Shown here: piece after piece, positions 30,591 through 40,015 of the stretch
Numbering within the stretch: the first letter of the stretch is position 1
Layout of the letters: every line of letters begins with the position of its first letter
Assembly (NCBI GenBank): GCA_042408215.1
Contig: JAYFMW010000020.1
Location: 320,001-384,000, forward strand
Direction of reading: 5' to 3'
DNA from: Microcoleus sp.
Lineage (GTDB): Bacteria; Cyanobacteriota; Cyanobacteriia; Cyanobacteriales; Microcoleaceae
Length of the DNA stretch: 64,000 bases
The notes under the pieces: model-generated
What the model was told of the DNA's origin: nothing
The model's database searches: none
Seen by the model: only the letters and a program-made list of their open reading frames with translations
Position numbers and translations under genes: made by a program

Positions 30591-31715
30591 ATGAAGAAAG
30601 AACAACTTACAAAAGGCAACCCGCGCGAGGTGCGAAAAGCTCCTCCGCAAGTCTCGAAATGGTTGTTTTATCTGGCGTTGCTGCCGGCAATTTGGGGGGT
30701 TTGCGCTTGGCAAGGTTGGGCTTGGTGGAGCTGGGCTTCTGCACCGCCGAAAGTAGCAGCCCCAGACAGTGCCTCGGTAGAGGAAGCTGCTGTTGCGATC
30801 CAAATCCCTGATGGTACTTCCAGTCAAAAAATCGGGCGGGATTTGGAGGCGGCGGGCTTAATTCGATCGGCGGGAGCATGGAATATGTGGGCTCGCTGGC
30901 TGACGATGCAAAACCGCGAGGGAGGGTTTAAAGCAGGGACTTACCAATTGTCTCCGACTCAGCCACTCAGCGCCGTTGCTGACAAAATTTGGAAGGGTGA
31001 AGTCATACAGCAAAGTTTCACAATTCCAGAAGGGTGGTCACTCAAACAAATGAGCGCTTATTTTGAAGGGCAAGGTTTTTTCCCGGCTCAGGAGTTTATG
31101 GCGGCGGTGAGTCAAGTTCCTTACGCTCAATACCCTTGGCTACCGAGTGGGTTGCCTCATTTGGAAGGGTTTTTGTACCCGGATACTTATCAGCTAGACG
31201 GTGATAGAATTACTCCTCAAGCTGCGATCGAACAAATGCTCAGCCGTTTCGAGCAGAAAGCTTTGCCAGTCTATCAAAAAAATCAGAATAAAACGAAGCT
31301 GGATCTCAAAGAATGGGTGACTTTGGCGAGTATTGTAGAAAAAGAGGCTGTGGTTGCGGGCGAGCGCAATCGCATTTCAGGGGTGTTCAACAACCGTCTG
31401 AAGAAGGGTATGCCGTTGGGATCTGACCCGACAGTTGAATATGCTCTCGGTATCAGGCAAACTAAGGAGAAACCTTTGACTTTTAAGCAGGTGGAAACGC
31501 CTTCTCCTTACAATACTTATATCAATGTAGGACTACCACCAACTCCGATCGCAGCTCCGGGAATAGCAAGTTTGGAGGCGACTCTGACTCCAGAAAATAC
31601 AGAATATCTGTATTTTATGGCTCGATATGACGGCACTCACATTTTCAGCCGCACTCAGGCCGAACACGATGCTGCTGTGGCTCAAGTTGACCAAAAAGTG
31701 CGATCGGGTCAATAA
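30591..31715 (+). CDS. mltG: Endolytic transglycosylase MltG
   Basis: TIPEG, LEGFLYPDTY, LASIVEKE, SPYNTY..GLPPTPI. Confidence 0.96.
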   Translation: MKKEQLTKGNPREVRKAPPQVSKWLFYLALLPAIWGVCAWQGWAWWSWASAPPKVAAPDSASVEEAAVAIQIPDGTSSQKIGRDLEAAGLIRSAGAWNMWARWLTMQNREGGFKAGTYQLSPTQPLSAVADKIWKGEVIQQSFTIPEGWSLKQMSAYFEGQGFFPAQEFMAAVSQVPYAQYPWLPSGLPHLEGFLYPDTYQLDGDRITPQAAIEQMLSRFEQKALPVYQKNQNKTKLDLKEWVTLASIVEKEAVVAGERNRISGVFNNRLKKGMPLGSDPTVEYALGIRQTKEKPLTFKQVETPSPYNTYINVGLPPTPIAAPGIASLEATLTPENTEYLYFMARYDGTHIFSRTQAEHDAAVAQVDQKVRSGQ

Positions 31716-31728
31716 CCGAATCTGAGAC

Positions 31729-31795
31729 AATGGGTAATTGGTAATGGGTAATTGGTAATTGGTAATCGGTAATCGGTAATCGGTAATCGGTAATC
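31729..31795. repeat. STRR (GGTAATT/GGTAATC)n
   Basis: Direct reading. Confidence 0.95.
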
Positions 31796-31929
31796 AAAAA
31801 GTGAAAAAATAAAATGCGTTATTTTAAGTTTTACCTTTTTACTTGAAAGTCAATTCTCAATGCCCAATGCCCAATCCTTTTCGGCCCAATTCCCAATTCC
31901 CAATTAACAATTATCAATTACTAATATTT

Positions 31930-32451
31930 ATGTCTTGGGGTAAACTACTACAGCCTGACTTAGTTCTCGGTACTGCGATCGTGAATTTAACGGCTGATAT
32001 TCTTCACAAATATCAGATCAAAGGATTAGTCTTGGATGTGGATGAAACTCTCGTCCCCATCACAGCAGCAAATGCTTCTCCCGAACTCAGTTTGTGGGTG
32101 GCAGAGATTAAACCAGTGGTATCGGTATGGTTGGCGAGCAATAATTTAAGTCAGAATCGGATTGGTAGGATTGCTGATTCTTTGAATCTACCATACATCA
32201 CGGGTGCTGCTAAACCGTCGCGCCGCAAGTTGCGAAGGGCTGTGACTGCGATGAATTTGCCGGTGGAGCAGGTGGCGATGGTGGGCGATCGACTTTTTAC
32301 TGATGTTTTAGCCGGCAATCGTTTGGGTATGTTCACTATTTTAGTGGAACCAATGGTTAATGCTGGGGAAGCGGTGCGGAAATATCCGTTGCGCTCTTTT
32401 GAAGTTTGGGTATCTCAAGCTTTGGGAGCAACTCTGAAAACTAAAGATTAG
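31930..32451 (+). CDS. yqeG: YqeG-family HAD IIIA phosphatase
   Basis: LDVDETL, SNN, AKP, VGDRLFTD. Confidence 0.93.
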   Translation: MSWGKLLQPDLVLGTAIVNLTADILHKYQIKGLVLDVDETLVPITAANASPELSLWVAEIKPVVSVWLASNNLSQNRIGRIADSLNLPYITGAAKPSRRKLRRAVTAMNLPVEQVAMVGDRLFTDVLAGNRLGMFTILVEPMVNAGEAVRKYPLRSFEVWVSQALGATLKTKD

Positions 32452-32485
32452 CAAGAAGTCATTAGTCATTAGTCATTAGTCATTA

Positions 32486-32550
32486 GTGGGGAGGGCGGGT
32501 TTACAAATATCCAGGACGTGAATCATAGATTTTGGTGAACCCGCCCCTAC
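32486..32550. repeat. REPIN-like inverted repeat GTAGGGGCGGGTTT-N30-35-AAACCCGCCCCTAC; copies at about 53861, 53972, 60478, 60606 and 62296
   Basis: Conserved arms with variable loops in six places. Confidence 0.88.
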
Positions 32551-32703
32551 AGTATTGGTTATAATCAACTAGACATCGCAAGAATTGCCAGCTTTGAACA
32601 GGCAGGATGCCTGTTCCACAAGAATTATTGGAGATGTCTACTGGAAATGATATTATCACTAATAACTAATAACTACTGACTACTGACTACTGACTACTGA
32701 CTA

Positions 32704-33813
32704 ATGACTAAAACTATTGTTGTTAAAATTGGAACTTCAACTCTGACGCGATCGACTACAGGAAACTTGGCTCTTTCAACCGTTGCTGCATTAGTCGAGG
32801 TTTTGGCCGATTTGCGGCAGCAAGGTCATCAAGTAGTTTTGGTTTCTTCCGGTGCGGTTGGGGTGGGTTGTGCGCGCTTGGGTTTGACCGAACGCCCGCG
32901 AAATATCGCTCTGAAACAGGCTGTAGCCGCCGTAGGACAAGGGCGGCTGATGCGGGTGTACGATGACTTGTTTACCACATTGCAACAGCCGATCGCGCAA
33001 GTTTTGCTAACTCGCCGTGATTTAGTGCAGCGTAATAGTTATGTGAATGCTTGCAATACTTTTCAGCAACTGTTGCGATTAGGCGTGATTCCGATCGTCA
33101 ATGAAAACGATACTGTAGCAGTAGACGAACTCAAATTTGGTGATAATGATACCCTGTCAGCATTAGTAGCCAGCTTAGTCGAAGCAGATTGGTTATTCGT
33201 GCTCACAGATGTCGATCGGCTGTATTCCGCCGATCCGCGCAGCAACCCCGACGCGCAACCAATTGCCTTAGTACAAAGTATGGCACAGCTAACAGAATTG
33301 CAAGTGCAAACAGGAGATTCCCGCAGCGGTTGGGGAACCGGCGGAATGGTGACAAAAATTGAAGCGGCGAGAATCGCAACAGCATCGGGAGTCCGCACAG
33401 TCATCACCGATGGCAGCTTTCCGGGTAATATAGAGAAAATCATCAACGGAGAGTCGATCGGCACTCAATTCGAGCCTCAACCGCGCCCTGTAAACGCTCG
33501 GAAACACTGGATAGCCAACGTGCTAATTCCGGCGGGCAAACTTTACTTAGATGCGGGTGCTGTCAAAGCAATTGCTCAAGGTGGAAAATCGCTTTTAGCC
33601 GCCGGAATTTCGCAAATAGAAGGAGATTTTCAGGTTGAAGATGCCGTGCGTTTGTGCGACGCTGAAGGCAAAGAAATTGCTAGAGGACTTGTGAATTATA
33701 ACAGTTTAGAATTGAGACAAATTCAGGGCTGCCAGTCAGATAAAATTGCGGAAATTTTAGGTTATGCAGGTGTAGAAACCGTGGTGCACAGAGATAATTT
33801 AGTAATTGTTTAA
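32704..33813 (+). CDS. proB: Glutamate 5-kinase with PUA domain
   Basis: [26 protein letters not shown]. Confidence 0.98.
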   Translation: MTKTIVVKIGTSTLTRSTTGNLALSTVAALVEVLADLRQQGHQVVLVSSGAVGVGCARLGLTERPRNIALKQAVAAVGQGRLMRVYDDLFTTLQQPIAQVLLTRRDLVQRNSYVNACNTFQQLLRLGVIPIVNENDTVAVDELKFGDNDTLSALVASLVEADWLFVLTDVDRLYSADPRSNPDAQPIALVQSMAQLTELQVQTGDSRSGWGTGGMVTKIEAARIATASGVRTVITDGSFPGNIEKIINGESIGTQFEPQPRPVNARKHWIANVLIPAGKLYLDAGAVKAIAQGGKSLLAAGISQIEGDFQVEDAVRLCDAEGKEIARGLVNYNSLELRQIQGCQSDKIAEILGYAGVETVVHRDNLVIV

Positions 33814-33947
33814 ATCACAAGAAATCGAGATCGTCGATCGCATTTTGTGAGTTTTTTCACCCCAAAGTAGTCTAAAATCACCAGAACTCATTGATTGGTT
33901 AAATCCCAGTTTCTCCAGGTATTCTAGAGCCGCATGGCCGTAATATA

Positions 33948-34053
33948 TAGCAGTTCTCAATCTTGGTGAGGTATGCCCTATGCCCTATGCCCTATGCCCT
34001 ATGCCCTATGCCCGCCGATCAAGCGTGCACCGCACTGTTACTGAGAAAGGCTA
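33948..34053. mobile_element. MITE of the 14264 family with (CCCTATG)n
   Basis: TAGCAGTTCTCA..TGAGAAAGGCTA with TA flanks. Confidence 0.88.
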
Positions 34054-34292
34054 TATAGCATAGATAACAGTGTTTGCGATCGTACATATTTGTATTTGAC
34101 ATCCTGGGAAATTGTGATTTGCATCATATTGTGCAGGACCAATAAATCGGGGTTGAGAGCGAGGATACTCTTAGCTAGACTTACTGGTGTTGAAAGGAGT
34201 ATAGATGACAATTTCCCAGGATGAATTGCCTTTGGGTGCGTTCTGAGTTAATCTGTGCTTTGGATCAGTTAAGAAAAATCTAGGAGCTCAGA

Positions 34293-34742
34293 TTGGAACG
34301 CACTTTTTTAGCAATTAAGCCCGATGGTGTACAGCGCGGACTCGTCGGCGAAATTATCGGTCGTTTTGAAGCCAAAGGCTTTACGCTAGTTGGTATGAAG
34401 CTGATGACGGCGAGTCGCGAACTAGCCGAACAGCACTATGATGTTCACAAAGAAAGACCATTTTTTCCTGGACTGGTAAACTTTATCACTTCAGGCCCGG
34501 TAGTGGCGATGGTGTGGGAAGGCGACGGCGTTGTGGCTTCGGCGAGAAAAATCATTGGTGCCACAAATCCTTTGAATGCAGAACCGGCGACAATTCGGGG
34601 CGATTTTGCAGTCAATGTCGGCCGCAATATTATTCATGGTTCTGATGCTATAGAGACGGCCCGTGCGGAAATTAGTCTCTGGTTTAAGGAAGAAGAATTG
34701 AGTGCTTGGACACCTTGTTTAACTCCTTGGATTGTGGAGTAG
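34293..34742 (+). CDS. ndk: Nucleoside diphosphate kinase
   Basis: [23 protein letters not shown] before the TTG start. Confidence 0.98.
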   Translation: MERTFLAIKPDGVQRGLVGEIIGRFEAKGFTLVGMKLMTASRELAEQHYDVHKERPFFPGLVNFITSGPVVAMVWEGDGVVASARKIIGATNPLNAEPATIRGDFAVNVGRNIIHGSDAIETARAEISLWFKEEELSAWTPCLTPWIVE

Positions 34743-34800
34743 TTTTGATATTCTCCCGATGGATTAATCGGGAGATATTCTGAGTTTTAGTGCATAAATA

Positions 34801-35200
34801 CCAAAGAAACCGGGTTTTTAGCAATAGCTTCGGCTGTAACGAAGGATTCTCGAAAAAACCCGGTTTCTGGCCACGCATCACAACCAAAGAAACCGGGTTT
34901 TTAGCAATAGCTTCGGCTGTCACAAAGAATTCTGGAAAAAACCCGGTTTCTGGCCACCCCTCAAAACCAAAGAAACCGGGTTTTTGGCAATAGCTTCGGC
35001 TGTCACAAAGAATTTTCGCAAAAACCCGGTTTCTGGCCACGCCTCAAAACCAAAGAAACCGGGTTTTTAGCCAGAGCACCGACTGTAACAAAGGATTCTC
35101 GGAAAAAACCCGGTTTCTGGCCACACCCAAAATCTCAGAAACCGGGTTTTTGCCCAAATCACCGACTGTAACCAACTATTCTGGAAAAAACCCGGTTTCT
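34801..35200. repeat. Five tandem 83-bp units, each AGAAACCGGGTTTTT..AAAAACCCGGTTTCT
   Basis: Unit starts at 34801, 34884, 34967, 35050 and about 35133. Confidence 0.93.
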
Positions 35201-35305
35201 CGCCACCCCGCGCATCCATGCGAAAAAAACTTGCCATCCCCCGCCCCAAACAGATGAGTTTCACCGATAATTAATCTAGCGAACCATCCCAAATCCCCAA
35301 TCGCC

Positions 35306-38300
35306 ATGAACTCTGAACGCCAACAAGCCTATCTCAACCTGATTAATCAACTGCTAAATAGTCCCAGCGGCGAAGAAGCGGAGATATTGAAAACTCACCC
35401 GGAATTGCTGGATGATGGCTTGGTGGCGGCAATGCTAGAAAAGGCAGATAATCTCAGAGAACAAGGCGAACTAAATAATGCTAATTGGTTGAAGAATTTT
35501 GCCGGGCTACTGGGTAAGGTGGATGGCGACTTCCTAGCGGGAATTGCACTGAAAGCAGAAGCAGACAGACTGTTATAACAAGGCAATCAGCAGTATGGAA
35601 TCAGTCAATTTCGAGAAGCTTTGCAGTCTTGCGAACGGCATTAACTATCTATCAGAAAATAGTAAATCGCCAAGGAGAAGCTGATTCCCTCGGCAATTTG
35701 GGCAATGCTTACCATTCCCTAGGGCAATTCCAGAGGGCGATCGAATTTCACCAACAGTCTTTAGAGATTTAACGGGAAATCGGATATCGCGTAGGAGAAG
35801 CTGCTTCCCTCGGCAATTTGGGCTTAGCTTACAAATCCCTAGGGCAATATCACAGGGCGATCGAATTTCACCAACAGTCTTTAGAGATTTCACGAGAAAT
35901 CGGATATCGCGATGGAGAAGCTAATTCCCTCGGCAATTTGGGCTTAGCTTACAAATCCCTAGGGCAATACCACAGGGCGATCGAATTTCACCAACAGTAT
36001 TTAGAGATTTCACGGAAAATCGGATATTGCCAAGGAGAAGCTGGTGCCCTCGGCTATTTGGGCTCAGCTTACGATTCCCTAGGGCAATACGACAAGGCGA
36101 TAGAATTTCACCAACAGTATTTAGAGATTTCACGGGAAATCGGAGATCGACGAGCAGAAGCTGCTTCCCTCGGCAGTTTGGGTTTAGCTTACAAATCCCT
36201 AGGGCAATACCACAGGGCGATAGAATTTCACCAACAGTATTTAGAGATTTCACGGGAAATCGGAGATCGACGAGGAGAAGCTGCTTCCCTCGGCAGTTTG
36301 GGCAATGATTACTATTTCCTAGGGCAATTCCAGAAAGCGATCGACTTTCACCAACAGTATTTAGAGATTTCACGGGAAATCGGAGATCGCCAAGGAGAAG
36401 CTAATTCCCTCGGCAGTTTGGGTTCAGCTTACGATTCCCTAGGGCAATACGACAAGGCGATAGAATTTTACCAACAGTATTTAGAGATTTCACGGGAAAT
36501 CGGAGATCGCCAAGGAGAGTCAATTGGTCTAAATAATTTGGGAGAGACTTTACTAAAAACTAACCAACTTGCTGAAGCTGAAACAGCGCTTCGTGCCTCA
36601 ATCAAAATTCGTGAAACTCTGCGTTCTGAATTAGTCAATAATGAGCATAAAGCCTCAATCTTTGAAACCCAAGTATATGCTTATCGCAACCTGCAAAAAG
36701 TCCTAGTTGCCCAAACTAGATTTGATGAAGCCCTAGAAATATCAGAAATGTCCCGCACCCGCGCCTTCGTCGAGTTATTGCAGCAAACCTTATTAACAAC
36801 CCCCCCTCAGTCCCCCCCTTATCAAGGGGGGGAAGTAGATAAGTCCCCCCTTACCAAGGGGGGGTTGGGGGGGTTATCAATTCCCAAAATCCAACAAATC
36901 GCCCGCGACAGAAACTCCACAATAGTTGAATATTCGATTGTCGAGTCAGACATCATTTACATCTGGGTAATCCAACCAAACGGCAACATCACCCATCGCG
37001 CCGCCAACCTCGAACCCCTCAACCAACAAAACCAAACCCTCAAACAAATCATCCTCAAAACCCGCGTCTCCATCGGCACCGATGAAACCGACGACGCAGG
37101 CAACAAAATTCAGCTAGAATCCGAGTACAAACGAGACGAAACAGGCCGCTTTCCCCTCTTGCAACTCCTCCATCAAATCCTGATCGAACCCATCATCGAC
37201 TTACTCCCCACCGATGCCAATAACCCCATCATCTTCATCCCCCACTACGACTTATTTTTAGTTCCTTTCGTCGCCTTGCAAGATAGCAACAACCGCTACC
37301 TAATCGAAGATCATACCATCCTCACCGCCCCATCCATCCAAGTATTAGAAATCACCCGCGAACATCAAAACCGAGTGCGAGGATTGAGACAAGCCGCCCT
37401 AATTGTTGGCGATCCAACCATTCACCCAAAATTAAAAGAAAAGCTACAAACTCCGCCAAATCTCCAGGGCAAAAGAAGCCGCCGAAGCCATCGCCGCCAC
37501 TTTACAAACCCAAGCAATTACCGGAGACAATGCTACCAAAGTCGCCATTTTAGACAGAATGCTAAACACGCGCATCGTCCATTTATCCGCCCACGGACTC
37601 ATCGACGATTTCCAAAGTTCCGGCATTCCCGGCGCGATTATTTTAGCACCATCGGGAGACGACGACGGCGCAATTCATGCTATAGATATCCTGCAATTAA
37701 AACTCGATTCCGAACTCGTAGTATTGAGTGCGTGTAGCACCGGCCGTGGTAGAATCACGGGAGATGGAGTCATCGGATTGTCGCGCTGTTTCATCCTCGC
37801 CGGAGTCCCCAGCATCGTGGTTTCCCTGTGGGATATGGGAGTGATTTCAGCCAAGTTGCTAATGACTGAATTCTACCAAAATTTAGCACGGGGCGACAAT
37901 CGAGCAGCGGCCTTGCGGTGTGCTATGCTAACCACAAAAGCTCGATTTCCGAGTCCGAAAGCTTGGGCTGCATTTACGCTAATTGGCGAAACCGAAACTT
38001 TCCCGCTGTCAACTGCAAAAACAGATTTAAGGAGATTAGTCATGTCACTTCCCGATGATGCGAAACCCGAACAAATTGTGGCGGCTTTTAATCAGTTATT
38101 GAAAATATCGGAACCGCAATTTGTGGCAGAATTATCAGCGATTGATATTGGTGCGATGGATAATGTGAATGTGATTGCTCAAAGAATCAAGGATTGGTGC
38201 GAAAGTCGGCCTCAAATTGAAGAGAATTTGGAGAATGAGATTGAACTTGCGGGTGCGGGCGGGACTGATAGTGATGCGCATGAGGAAGTGGTGAGGGAGT

Positions 38301-38410
38301 TGTATGAGGCGTTGAAGGAAAATCAGATTCGGTTGGGTTTGTCTAGGGATTCTGTGGTGGTTGAGGGCCCGGCCCCGGCGGTGGGTGAAGAAGGCCCCGG
38401 CGGTGGGTGA
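35306..38410 (+). pseudogene. TPR-CHAT (caspase-like) protein with a fused C-terminal acidic domain; four lesions
   Basis: TAA 35576, frameshift about 35635, TAA 35770, frameshift about 37444; seven 40-aa TPRs; HLSAHG and LSACSTG dyad. Confidence 0.9.
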
Positions 38411-38600
38411 AGAAGGCCCCGGCGGTGGGTGAAGAAGGCCCCGGCGGTGGGTGAAGAAGGCCCCGGCGGTGGGTGAAGAAGGCCCCGGCGGTGGTTGAGG
38501 GCCCCGGCGGTGGGTGAAGAAGGCCCCGGCGGTGGGTGAAGAAGGCCCCGGCGGTGGGTGAAGAAGGCCCCGGCGGTGGGTGAAGAAGGCCCCGGCGGTT
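38365..38600. repeat. 22-bp tandem repeat GGCCCCGGCGGTGGGTGAAGAA, about 10 copies
   Basis: Direct reading. Confidence 0.95.
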
Positions 38601-39112
38601 GAAACCGCGGCTACACAAACGATGTCCGCCTCCGCGGACGAAGAGGGTATTCGGAGATGAGAAATCACCGATTGGAATCTTCAACCCGCGGAGGCGGGTT
38701 TTGTTTGTGTAGACGCGGTTTCAACCGCCGGGTAATGAGAAATCACCGATTGGAATCTTCAACCCGCGGAGGCGGGTTTTGTTTGTGTAGACGCGGTTTC
38801 AACCGCCGGGTAATGAGAAATCACCGATTGGAATCTTCAACCCGCGGAGGCGGGTTTTGTTTGTGTAGACGCGGTTTCAACCGCCGGGTAATGAGAAATC
38901 ACCGATTGGAATCTTCAACCCGCGGAGGCGGGTTTTGTTTGTGTAGACGCGGTTTCAACCGCCGGGTGATTGAAAATCGCCGGGTATTCAACCCGCGAAG
39001 GCGGGTTTTGTTTGTGTAGACGCGGTTTCAACCGCCGGGTGATTGAAAATCGCCGGGTATTCAACCCGCGAAGGCGGGTTTTGTTTGTGTAGACGCGGTT
39101 TCAACCGCCGGG
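38588..39112. repeat. REP array left of the transposase: one inverted and six direct two-hairpin units (78-bp, then about 72-bp period)
   Basis: Unit CCCGCGGAGGCGGG-TTTTGTTT-GTGTAGACGCGGTTTCAACCGC. Confidence 0.95.
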
Positions 39113-39586
39113 TGATTTGAAACCGCCGGGTGATTGAAAACCGCCACGTAAATTTTTGGAACCTGCGAAAGCAGGATCAGAAACCCATTCCCATTCAGGA
39201 ATCATTGATTTTTGACGGTGGTGAACAGCCTGATTTCTGATATAGTTGGCTACATTGTCGATCGCATCACGGCTAACCGTAAACGCCCCATAACTACCTT
39301 GCCATTTAAAAAACACACCAGGTTTAAGTTCGTGAGTTACTAAATGAGAAGAACTACCCTTAACTTCCTTAATAATTTCAGCTATTGTCAAAGTTGACGG
39401 AAAACCGACTAGCAAGTGTACATGATCCTCTATCCCACCAACAGCAATTACAGTGCATTTTAAATTATTACATTTTCCAATAATAACCGCATAAATTGCT
39501 TCTTGAATATCGGGAGTAATCAAAGGCAATCTATCCCAGGTTGCCCAAACATAGTGTACATACAACTGCGTGAAATTCTCTCTCAT
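39101..39586 (-). CDS. tnpA: Y1 HuH transposase (IS200/IS605 TnpA fold; likely REP-associated, RAYT-like)
   Basis: DHVHLL HuH motif, KGSSS, WQGSYGAF, YIRNQ catalytic Tyr. Confidence 0.9.
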   Translation of the reverse strand: MRENFTQLYVHYVWATWDRLPLITPDIQEAIYAVIIGKCNNLKCTVIAVGGIEDHVHLLVGFPSTLTIAEIIKEVKGSSSHLVTHELKPGVFFKWQGSYGAFTVSRDAIDNVANYIRNQAVHHRQKSMIPEWEWVSDPAFAGSKNLRGGFQSPGGFKSPGG

Positions 39587-39612
39587 TTTTCGTACAATAT
39601 ATCAAATTTCTC

Positions 39613-39976
39613 TTCAACCTGCGGAGGCGGGTTTTGTCTGTGTAGCCGCGGTTTCAACCGCCGGGTAATTCAAAACCGCCGGGTGATTGAAAATCACCGG
39701 GTCAAATCTTCAACCCGCGGAGGCGGGTTTTGTCTGTGTAGCCGCGGTTTCAACCGCCGGGATTGATTTACGGCACAATGAAATCATAATGATTATATCC
39801 CAATTGAGGCCCCGGCGATTGGAAATCGCGGCTACACAAACGATGTCCGCCTCCGCGGACGAAGAGGGTATTCGGAGATTAGACCCCGGCGATTAGGCCC
39901 CGGCGATTAGGCCCCGGCGATTAGGCCCCGGCGGTTGAAACCGCGTCTACACAAACAATGTCCGCCTTCGCGGACT
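39613..39976. repeat. REP array right of the transposase: two direct and two inverted units plus a 14-bp repeat (GGCCCCGGCGATTA)
   Basis: Same unit as the left array. Confidence 0.93.
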
Positions 39977-40015
39977 AAGATTGAATTAACATTATGTTTC
40001 ATCCCGGATTCGATT

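Noticed and set aside
34801..35200. CRISPR array (also 48054-48395)
   Set aside because: Whole units are homologous, including the would-be spacers
35668..36507. Diversity-generating retroelement target
   Set aside because: No reverse transcriptase or template repeat in the window; the copies are tandem in-frame coding repeats
38135..39019. ORFs 38135-38668, 38343-38684 and 38657-39019 as repeat proteins or RiPP precursors
   Set aside because: They are translations of DNA palindromic repeats, and no modifying enzymes are linked
38657..39112. CRISPR array
   Set aside because: The sequences between the palindromes are identical copies, not unique spacers; units occur in both orientations; no cas genes
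39101..39586. TnpA partner of the tnpB element at 28132
   Set aside because: About 9.5 kb away, outside the element ends and flanked by unrelated hairpins
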